Source: an uncultured virus (IMG/VR IMGVR_UViG_3300044627_003100)
Lineage: Duplodnaviria > Heunggongvirae > Uroviricota > Caudoviricetes
Length of the DNA: 64,000 bases
Direction: 5' to 3' (one strand)
Virus record (IMG/VR): IMGVR_UViG_3300044627_003100
Below the pieces are notes generated by a model. That model was not told the DNA's origin. It saw only the letters and a program-made list of their open reading frames with translations, and did not search any database. The position numbers and the translations under genes are program-made. Every line of letters starts with the position of its first letter. Position 1 is the stretch's first letter. Below, piece by piece: positions 21,259-28,993 of this stretch.

Positions 21259-21329
21259 AGACACCAGACAGAATCAAACTGTCCTTAACTGTTTTGCAAA
21301 CAGCCACCTAATCACTCGGCCATGGTGTC
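21259..21329 (-). tRNA. tRNA-Cys(GCA)
   Basis: GACACCA/TGGTGTC acceptor, U73; GCTGT-TTGCAAA-ACAGT; GACAG-TTTGATT-CTGTC. Confidence 0.88.
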
Positions 21330-21336
21330 TTATATG

Positions 21337-21409
21337 CATGGGTGCCAGGCTACGATCCTGGGACTTCTAGTTTTGGAGACTAGCACTCTACCAACTGAGT
21401 TACACCCAC
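21337..21409 (-). tRNA. tRNA-Trp(CCA)
   Basis: GTGGGTG/CACCCAT acceptor, G73; CTAGT-CTCCAAA-ACTAG; CCAGG-ATCGTAG-CCTGG. Confidence 0.9.
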
Positions 21410-21411
21410 AT

Positions 21412-21448
21412 AAAACAAAAAACCCGGTTAGAGCTATTCTAACCGGGC
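21412..21448 (-). terminator. Intrinsic terminator (attenuator) directly upstream of the tRNA operon
   Basis: GCCCGGTTAGA-ATAGC-TCTAACCGGGT followed by TTTTTGTTTT on the - strand. Confidence 0.85.
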
Positions 21449-21469
21449 TACACTAATTATAATTATTAA

Positions 21470-21544
21470 CTAGACATAATATTCCCGGCTGACAGACTGC
21501 TGCCAGAAACAGAAAACATTACATATAGAAATCATCACCTTCAT
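21470..21544 (-). CDS. Putative leader peptide MKVMISICNVFCFWQQSVSREYYV
   Basis: 24-codon ORF with TGT-TTC-TGG-CAG-CAG just before antiterminator segment AGCCGGG. Confidence 0.7.
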   Translation of the reverse strand: MKVMISICNVFCFWQQSVSREYYV

Positions 21545-21556
21545 AATACAATATAC
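21542..21556 (-). promoter_or_regulatory. Recurrent phage promoter-like motif (GTATATT + AT-rich) abutting the leader ATG
   Basis: GTATATTGTATTATG; similar motif at about 7 other gene-upstream sites. Confidence 0.55.
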
Positions 21557-21566
21557 ATATTTTTTA

Positions 21567-21779
21567 TCACTTTTTACCTTTTTTATTACTAGCCTGTGGA
21601 TAGACACTCCCAAGCTTCACTTGATTCTTTAATTCATCAATATGTATCCAAGCTTCTCTTCCAGGCTGAACAGTGTATTTAAATACAATCTGTTCTAAAG
21701 GAAGATCTCCATTTACATAGAGAGAAACAAGAGATTCTAAATCCGTATATACAATAATATCTTTTTCCATAGAAAACAA
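21567..21779 (-). CDS. Hypothetical protein
   Basis: 70-aa ORF. Confidence 0.45.
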   Translation of the reverse strand: MFSMEKDIIVYTDLESLVSLYVNGDLPLEQIVFKYTVQPGREAWIHIDELKNQVKLGSVYPQASNKKGKK

Positions 21780-21966
21780 AATTATATAAAAAATTTTACA
21801 AATACTTCTATATGTGTATAACTAACCCCGGGGTTGTATTTACATCCCCCCTATGAAAATAGTGTAGTAGAGGATGTAGTTACCTCTCCATTTAAAGTCC
21901 CCCTCCTGACTTCTTTGAGCTCCGCACCCCCCTTAAATTCAGTGTTAACTTAAAACTTAAATCAAA

Positions 21967-22203
21967 ATGAGCACAACTCAATCTACACTCGACAGTATCA
22001 GTTTGCAAGCATTTAAAGACCTAAATGGCATTGCAAACATTAAAGTAAACCAAGGCACAGGTAGAATGTTTGCAGACACAGTTGCAGGCAGACTATACTT
22101 TGCAGAAAAGGTTAATCTTCAAAAGCCATTATTCGTGGCTAAAGGTACTTATGACAGTTACTGGGTATTCAACCAGAACGTGAAAGAAGTAGCTACCCTT
22201 TAA
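21967..22203 (+). CDS. Hypothetical protein, first gene of the + strand block
   Basis: 78 aa; followed by hairpin AGCTACCCTT/AAGGGTGGCT plus T-run. Confidence 0.7.
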   Translation: MSTTQSTLDSISLQAFKDLNGIANIKVNQGTGRMFADTVAGRLYFAEKVNLQKPLFVAKGTYDSYWVFNQNVKEVATL

Positions 22204-22634
22204 GGGTGGCTTTTCTTTAGGACGTTACTAAGGAGGATCGTGAGCACAAAGCCACGGTTCTCCTTTTACATCTACACGTTACATGATTTGTTTATTTATT
22301 CATTCACACATACATGTTTGCTATTACAGCAAGCGGAACTGTGATTCTGGTAGGTAGTATGATGGCTGCCATCAGATTAGCAGAAGAGCTACGTAGTGCG
22401 TAGGCTCTCAATCAGGTTGTAATCCGGATTTCCTGAAGTTCCCTAGAACAAAAAGCCGGAATTCCCTAATGATAATCAATGGTAATGTGTTGATTGTCAA
22501 GGTTTTATGTGTGGTTGTGTGAATGGTAGTAACACAACCACACTTTTTCTCATTTGTTTCTATTACCAATCAAGAAATTTTTGTCGCGGATAAGATGGCT
22601 ATATATTACATTCATTCACCAAAACCCTAATTAT

Positions 22635-23135
22635 ATGGCTCTGTATTTAATTTACCATTGTTATGAACCAAATGGATTTCAGGAAGTTGATGTACAACCT
22701 AGGAAGTATGTTGGTTGTGTAGAAGCTATTTCTTTAGATGAAGCTTACTACCTTTCTCAGAATTTTGATGAGCCTTGGAATCCAATAACTCCTTGTAGAA
22801 GTACATCAGTGGGAGATATTATTCAATCTGATGATGATTTCTTTATGGTGTGTAATTCTGGATTTCAGTTGTTACTTGCTGATGATACACCATTTATTAC
22901 TAACATCTCAGCAAAAATAGAAGATGTTCGTAAGCTTATAAGTGATACATCTGCTGAACTCACTACTGCTCAATATGATTTATGTATTCCTCCTTTTAAT
23001 GTAGAAAATGATTCTGATGCAAAAGAGTATAGTGTTTGGTACACTGAGCAGAAAGAATTAATTCACCAATTAGAAATAGATTTATCTTTCTATAAAGAGA
23101 GATTGAGTGAGTTATTAATTGAACAGAGCCTGTAA
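22635..23135 (+). CDS. YodL-like domain protein (start refined)
   Basis: RSTSVGDII motif; followed by terminator AGAGCCTG/CAGGGCTCT-TTTT. Confidence 0.5.
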   Translation: MALYLIYHCYEPNGFQEVDVQPRKYVGCVEAISLDEAYYLSQNFDEPWNPITPCRSTSVGDIIQSDDDFFMVCNSGFQLLLADDTPFITNISAKIEDVRKLISDTSAELTTAQYDLCIPPFNVENDSDAKEYSVWYTEQKELIHQLEIDLSFYKERLSELLIEQSL

Positions 23136-23244
23136 CAGGGCTCTTTTCTTTTTTTACTAGCAGGTGTTAAGGCTAGTGCGTTGAAACCAGAACTTTCTGG
23201 GAGTAAGGTCACCAAAATGGCTGTATACAGCTAAACAAATTGTT

Positions 23245-23499
23245 ATGAATTTAGATTACTTACAGCCTTTAATGGCTCAATCAGTAGTTAAAGACAGTCC
23301 TCGTGGTACACGTAGGTATTTTCCTATCCAGGCTAAACAAAAGCGTGGTTGGAAATGGCTTTATGAAGCTTTCTATATCATATATGGAAAGCAAGCCAAA
23401 GACAATTTTGAAGTAGGATGTGCTATACTGACCCAATCTCTTGACAAGTATGTTGAGGAGTTTGATGATAAGTTATGGGTTCGTACTATAGCTGTCTAA
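23245..23499 (+). CDS. Hypothetical protein
   Basis: 84-aa ORF. Confidence 0.6.
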   Translation: MNLDYLQPLMAQSVVKDSPRGTRRYFPIQAKQKRGWKWLYEAFYIIYGKQAKDNFEVGCAILTQSLDKYVEEFDDKLWVRTIAV

Positions 23500-23510
23500 C
23501 TAAACGCATT

Positions 23511-23554
23511 ATGGTGAACTGGGCTCTTGAATGAGTCTGGTTCACCATTTCTTT
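23511..23554 (+). terminator. Terminator-like hairpin
   Basis: ATGGTGAACTGGGCTC/GAGTCTGGTTCACCAT plus TTCTTT. Confidence 0.65.
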
Positions 23555-23708
23555 CCAATTCACCAAAACCATTCTTTTAATATATTGTATGTGACCGTGT
23601 AGTGTCTTAATGCATCCGTGATGCATATTTGTAGAGAACAGGCAGTTTTGCTTGGCCAAATAGAGCTTTTATGTTCTTGTGATGCAAATATGTAGGGTGG
23701 ACATACAA

Positions 23709-23871
23709 TTCTAATGCGTCATTCCTGTTTCCCAAGGACAGGCAGTTGTAATAGTGAGATAAAGAGAATGCCTAAACAGCTACGTATTTTATATACGTGA
23801 ACAAAGTCTTGCAGCAAACAGATAACATTTTTGTGTTATTGGCTTGCTATTACAACTGAACGCAGAGGGAA
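23709..23871 (+). ncRNA. Twister-like self-cleaving ribozyme with long P5 extension
   Basis: TAA-TGCGT...CCTG-TTTCCCAAGGA-CAGG...ACGCA-GAGGG; 12-bp P5 CAGTTGTAATAG/CTATTACAACTG. Confidence 0.7.
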
Positions 23872-23894
23872 CAGGGCTCTTTTGTTATATAATT

Positions 23895-24033
23895 CCCGTA
23901 GATTGGCATCACTAATAGAGCGACAGTTCTATTAAGAAAACACTAAACAGTCGGGTTTAGGGGTTTTTACATTATATGTTCTCCTTCTGGAACATATGTA
24001 TGTGTGTAGGTTCGATTCCTGCTTATGGGACCA
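23895..24033 (+). ncRNA. Oversized tRNA-like RNA with encoded CCA
   Basis: CCCGTAG/TTATGGG acceptor plus A-CCA; T arm GTAGG-TTCGATT-CCTGC; three non-canonical internal hairpins. Confidence 0.65.
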
Positions 24034-24139
24034 AATATGTATGCTCTCTGGTAGAAATCCTATTACCATACCTCTAATTTTTAAGAGTCATTTTCTTGAA
24101 AGGGTAAGAAAGTTGGGAAGGTTGAGAGCATACATTATT

Positions 24140-24473
24140 TTCCAATGCACATTCTCACGTGGACACATTTCTTAGCGAAAGTATTAAACAGGAGTTAACT
24201 TGTACCTTGAGCCTTTAAGGTGATGAGAGGTTACTTCATAAGATGTGTGTGTAAGCAGACCTGATTAATCAACAGGTAACGGTGAAACATTAGCCTTAAA
24301 TGTGTAACCAACCTTGGTGGATACTACCTAGTAAAAAAGCCACTAATTAATCAGCTCTCAAGAGGTGAGAAAACAGATGTAATAGTTGATCATAATAATT
24401 TATCTGAACGCCTTACGAGGTAGATACTGAAAGATATAATTATTTACTATTACATCTGTTGTGCAAAGGGGAA
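24140..24473 (+). ncRNA. Divergent twister-scaffold RNA with about 200-nt insertion in P4
   Basis: CAA-TGCAC...GTGCA-AAGGG; P5 CAGATGTAATAG/CTATTACATCTG covaries with copy 1. Confidence 0.55.
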
Positions 24474-24529
24474 TTTATTTAATTATTTTCTTCAAACAAT
24501 ATACACAAACAATTAAAAATCAATCAATT

Positions 24530-24763
24530 ATGAAAATAGAATTCATTTACAACGATGATGAAAAGCGTGTAGGATATAAACTTATAGCTGAAACAGAGGA
24601 TGATTTCAGTAAACTAGGTGCCATTAGAGATATGATATTCTTTGGGATGGATGAAAAAGAAATTGTATACGATGGTAGGGAGATGACACTTTGTGGTGAA
24701 TCAATTCAAGTCCTTAGATGGTGCACTAGAGAACATCAAAAAAAAGATGATAGACGTATATAG
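24530..24763 (+). CDS. Hypothetical protein (start refined)
   Basis: MKIEFIYND...; A-rich upstream context. Confidence 0.6.
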   Translation: MKIEFIYNDDEKRVGYKLIAETEDDFSKLGAIRDMIFFGMDEKEIVYDGREMTLCGESIQVLRWCTREHQKKDDRRI

Positions 24764-24786
24764 CATTAACACATTTTTAACATTAT

Positions 24787-25213
24787 GGGGCCGTATTGGT
24801 TTTGACAGCAAGGGTAATGATAGTATCACATGCAAGGCTTGGGAGAGCCAAACAACTCCTAAACAATAATTGACAACCGTCAATCTGAAGGCGCAGCCAT
24901 TATCAATATGGCTTTCGCTAATGTACGTGTAGCAGTTGCTGCATAATACATCGCCTGACCAGCGTTCATAACGGTCACAAGCACACGTGTCTTCTCTGTT
25001 TGCACGTAATAGAACAGAGTGGTGGAAGGTTATACACCAGTATGACCCCAATACTAATCAGAATAAGTGAACTGTGTGGACTACAGCAGTTTAATGTCTG
25101 GGAGGCAGCTTAAACAGATTAAACTCTTGCTACTGTGTACAGTATAGCTAAGCATGTAAAAATGGTATTATGATTGACTTGTTTGGACAGGGGTTCGACT
25201 CCCCTCGGCTCCA
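24787..25213 (+). ncRNA. ssrA: tmRNA
   Basis: 5' GGGGCCGTATTGGTTTTGAC; 3' GGACAGGGGTTCGACTCCCCTCGGCTCCA with G3-U70; tag frame 24872-24946 DNRQSEGAAIINMAFANVRVAVAA*. Confidence 0.93.
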
Positions 25214-25252
25214 CAGTATTTACTAATTAATAACAATAAAAACACACAAACC

Positions 25253-25633
25253 ATGAAAGATTTATCAATTTTTAAAGACGTTTCAGTTACACCATGTAAT
25301 GCAGAATTATTTGAGTTTTTAGCTAATTATGCTAGAAGTAAAGATGTTCCTGTATATGCAGAAACAGGTAGAGATTCATATAATAAGGGTTTTATTCATC
25401 TTTGGTTTAATGATGGTATGTTTATTGGAGCTAGCTCACTTTATGTTAACAATATAAGTGTAGAAAAATTTATAGCACTTTGTGATGAATGGGCTAATAA
25501 TGATGATGTAAAACTAAATTCTAATTACACTGCTAAAATAGATAGAGTGAATAAAATAGTGCACGTAGGATGTCAAATGTTCACTTTTGAGAGTATTTCC
25601 AATCTACATAGAGCAATTTGCAATAAAGTTTAA
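25253..25633 (+). CDS. Hypothetical protein
   Basis: 126 aa; C-terminal VHVGCQMFTFE motif. Confidence 0.65.
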   Translation: MKDLSIFKDVSVTPCNAELFEFLANYARSKDVPVYAETGRDSYNKGFIHLWFNDGMFIGASSLYVNNISVEKFIALCDEWANNDDVKLNSNYTAKIDRVNKIVHVGCQMFTFESISNLHRAICNKV

Positions 25634-26050
25634 AATAAAAAACACATTAAAACAAACTATTGTGTCAAAATTACAATTATCAAGAAAATTTGTTCAAGAA
25701 GCATATAATGCTGCAGATTGTAATTGGAAAGCTAGAATCACCAAAGAGTTTCCTAAATTACTTCAATCTCTCAGTCTTTCAGAATTACGAAAATACATAA
25801 ATCCTATATCATTTCAAATTTTATAAACACATTTTTGGTGAAGAGAGTCTGGAGATTGCTTAATAGCGTTTCTGGGCTCTCATACCATATTCCTGATCTA
25901 TCTGTAGAGATAGGTATAACATACTATATTATATACTCTCTTATATATACTATGTTATACATGTCTCTAGCGACAGGTCAGAAAGTTGTGTTTTTCCCTT
26001 TTGTATTATTCTTTTTTTATATTTAATGACTATTAAAAAACCTCCTAACC

Positions 26051-27058
26051 ATGAGTGAATTTTCAATTAGCATTCCACAAGAAGTGGTAGCAGCTAAAAT
26101 CAACGAAATTGTGTCTTATAAACTAAGACACGAAAAAATCCAGCAGATGATTAAAACATCTGTTGTAGAAACCAGCCTTGACAGTTTTGCCGAAATCAAG
26201 AAAGAGTTAAAAGATATTCTTGAAAAACAGATTACATCAGATCTCACAGTTACTCGGGATTCTATCATTGAGAGCTTTCTTGAATCTAAACGTATAGACA
26301 TTCACTTAAACAGCGTAAAAATTGCCACTGTTGATGATCCCACTGCTCATAAAGAGCTTACCAAGCTGATTAAGTTTCTTTCTCTGTACAAACAAGCTCT
26401 TATTGTAGGACCAACAGGTTCTGGGAAGTCCACTATGGCTAGCCAAGCTGCTAAAGCTATGAATCTTCCTTTTGGAAGCTTTTCTTGTAATATGGAAGCA
26501 AGTAAGTCTGAATTATTAGGCTTTGCTAACATAAATGGCTACATAGAATCTACATTTCTCAAGTTTTATGAGAATGGTGGTGTGTTTCTTGTAGATGAGT
26601 TTGATGCAATGAGTCCAAATATCAGTGTGGTTTTAAATGCTGCATTTGATCGTTCTGGACAATTAGGTGTACCCAACCGTGTGGAAAAACCTGTAGCAGT
26701 TAAACATCCTGAGTTTTATTGCATCCTTGCAGGTAACACATTTGGTAGTGGCTCTATAGATTACAGTGGACGTGAGATTCAGGATAAGGCTTTTCTAGAC
26801 AGATTTAAAATGTCACGTATAGTTATTAACTATGACGAGGAATTAGAAAAGCATATTGCTGGAAATCACTATGACTGGCTTAACAGAGTGAGAGGTTGGA
26901 TGAAAAAGCACGTAGATAATGAAGAGTTTTCTACTCGTAGTTTCTATGATGCCACTGTTCTTTTAGTTAATTCTTTTACCAAGAAGGATGTTTTATCCCT
27001 TGTTTCTATGCATTGGGATGAAACTTTGAAGGACAAGATTATTGCAGATCTCAAATAA
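26051..27058 (+). CDS. MoxR/CobS-like AAA+ ATPase
   Basis: GPTGSGKS Walker A; FLVDEFD Walker B; AGNTFGSG; DKAFLDRF. Confidence 0.88.
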   Translation: MSEFSISIPQEVVAAKINEIVSYKLRHEKIQQMIKTSVVETSLDSFAEIKKELKDILEKQITSDLTVTRDSIIESFLESKRIDIHLNSVKIATVDDPTAHKELTKLIKFLSLYKQALIVGPTGSGKSTMASQAAKAMNLPFGSFSCNMEASKSELLGFANINGYIESTFLKFYENGGVFLVDEFDAMSPNISVVLNAAFDRSGQLGVPNRVEKPVAVKHPEFYCILAGNTFGSGSIDYSGREIQDKAFLDRFKMSRIVINYDEELEKHIAGNHYDWLNRVRGWMKKHVDNEEFSTRSFYDATVLLVNSFTKKDVLSLVSMHWDETLKDKIIADLK

Positions 27059-27065
27059 TGTCATT

Positions 27066-27111
27066 GAAAAGGTGTACTGAAATGTTCAAATTAGTACACC
27101 TTTTCTTTTTT
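27066..27111 (+). terminator. Terminator-like hairpin between AAA gene and vWA-like partner
   Basis: GAAAAGGTGTACTGA/TTAGTACACCTTTTC plus T-run. Confidence 0.6.
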
Positions 27112-27132
27112 CTAACCAAAAAACTAATTTCT

Positions 27133-27984
27133 ATGAAATCTGTTATAGAAAAAGATACATACATAGTGACATTTGACAATCTTAAAGAATTTATGTCACA
27201 AAGTGTAGATGAAACACCTATTGATACAGGATTTACAAGAAATGACCGTGAGTTTACACAACTAATTACTAAACGTGAATGTGATTTTACCTATGGTAAT
27301 GAAGAAACTCGTGAAAAGTTTCTTGAAGAGAGATGGAATCCTAACAAGGGTAAAACTCTTTGTAAAAATGATATTTCTAAAACCATGGTTTCAAAAGAAT
27401 ATCAAAGTGTTCTTAAACAAGCTCTTACGTATAAAAAACGTAATGTTTTTGTTGAATCAGGTGTTAGATTGAGTGTTCCAAGAGCTATTTCTGGTGAAGA
27501 TAAGTCATTTGTTGTTTTAAGTAAGGGTAATAAACCCACTGTAAAGTTAGCAATTAACATATGTGTTAGTTGTAATGTACCAGATGAGGATATTATAAAA
27601 ATAGCTAAAACAGCTATTCTTACAACATATGCTTTAGAAACAGCGGGTATACCAACAGAGATATGGTTTTGTACTTTTGGAAAAGAAATGTATGAAAATG
27701 TTCCTTTTGATTACGAAGTTTTTCAAGTAAAGATAAAAAGTGCTGAAGAAAGATTTTCATGGACAACATTTGCTCCTGTATTTACTAGTGGTGCTTATAG
27801 ACATAGTTTTTTTATTTCTTGGTTTAAACAACCATATAGAATTAGTGATGGATATGGTTATCCAATAGGTGCAGAAATAATAGAAAAACATAACAACTAT
27901 GGTTATGCTGCTGTTATTGGCCCAAATGGTCCGGGTCCTGTAGATCTTGTAAAAACTTTGTTTGAAAAACTAGTGAAAAAATAA
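27133..27984 (+). CDS. vWA-like partner of MoxR AAA (start refined)
   Basis: LSVPRAISGE; degenerate MIDAS INICVSCNV; ALETAGIPTEIW; GYGYP. Confidence 0.6.
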   Translation: MKSVIEKDTYIVTFDNLKEFMSQSVDETPIDTGFTRNDREFTQLITKRECDFTYGNEETREKFLEERWNPNKGKTLCKNDISKTMVSKEYQSVLKQALTYKKRNVFVESGVRLSVPRAISGEDKSFVVLSKGNKPTVKLAINICVSCNVPDEDIIKIAKTAILTTYALETAGIPTEIWFCTFGKEMYENVPFDYEVFQVKIKSAEERFSWTTFAPVFTSGAYRHSFFISWFKQPYRISDGYGYPIGAEIIEKHNNYGYAAVIGPNGPGPVDLVKTLFEKLVKK

Positions 27985-28306
27985 TTATGGTTAGGGAACC
28001 CTGAAATCTGTAAAGATGTAGGGGTTCTCTTTCTAAAATTACGTTCCATTTCACTAATGGATAGTCCAACTCTGGATGATGAGAAATACACTAGTTATGT
28101 ATATGAGTCTTGTTCACCCTGAATGTGGCTTTAAAGGGTATAGTTAATCACTAGCAGCTACCAAACTGAAAAAGATTTATTCCTAACTCACCGTTATGAC
28201 AATGATGTCTCTAATAAAGCGTCATGTGAGGACAGCCTGAACGTTTGTAGTTGGATAAAATAGAACGTTCAATTTTTTATTTCCTAACCTAAAATCATAT
28301 TAATTT

Positions 28307-28858
28307 ATGAAAAAGTTTTTACAAAGTGTTGTATTGGTATTAGCTCTTATATTGGCTATTATCCTTGAAATACTTACTAAGGTGGTAAAATGGAAACATC
28401 CTGTTTATGAATCTATTTCTTTGACAATTACTGAATGGAAAGAACAAATGAGACATATAGTTAAAAAGATTTATTGGCCTGAAGTGTTTGTATATTTTGC
28501 ATCAATATTTATGATTGTAGCAATATATTATTATTTTATTGATAATCATTTAAAACTGATGATTTCAGCAACTATATCTGTAATGATTTTATCTTTTGCA
28601 TTTGTTCTTGACACACGTCCCACTTATCAAGTTACTGGTGGTTATAAACGATTTATACATATAGGAATAATTCTATTTGTTATAATTATACTATTCAGTT
28701 CTTGTAGTCGTGGACAATGTCCCACTACTAATAAGAATTATTTTATGCGTGGTGTACCTAAATCAAAATCCTTGTACAAAGGACATAGGTCACAAAAAGC
28801 ATACATAGTTCCTTATAAGTATAGACGGAAAATTCCTAATTACGGAAAAATCAAATAA
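28307..28858 (+). CDS. Membrane protein
   Basis: Several hydrophobic segments. Confidence 0.6.
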   Translation: MKKFLQSVVLVLALILAIILEILTKVVKWKHPVYESISLTITEWKEQMRHIVKKIYWPEVFVYFASIFMIVAIYYYFIDNHLKLMISATISVMILSFAFVLDTRPTYQVTGGYKRFIHIGIILFVIIILFSSCSRGQCPTTNKNYFMRGVPKSKSLYKGHRSQKAYIVPYKYRRKIPNYGKIK

Positions 28859-28993
28859 AGAATTGGTACAACCAGAGCATGACTTGGATGGTGACTAATA
28901 AAAATTTTTATGTTTTCTGCTTTCTGTTTTTTTCCTAATGCCCAGTGTGTGTTATATACACTGGGCTATTTTTATTTTAAATAAACATTTTTT

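Noticed and set aside
24701..25051. 116-aa - strand ORF
   Set aside because: Antisense to the tmRNA.
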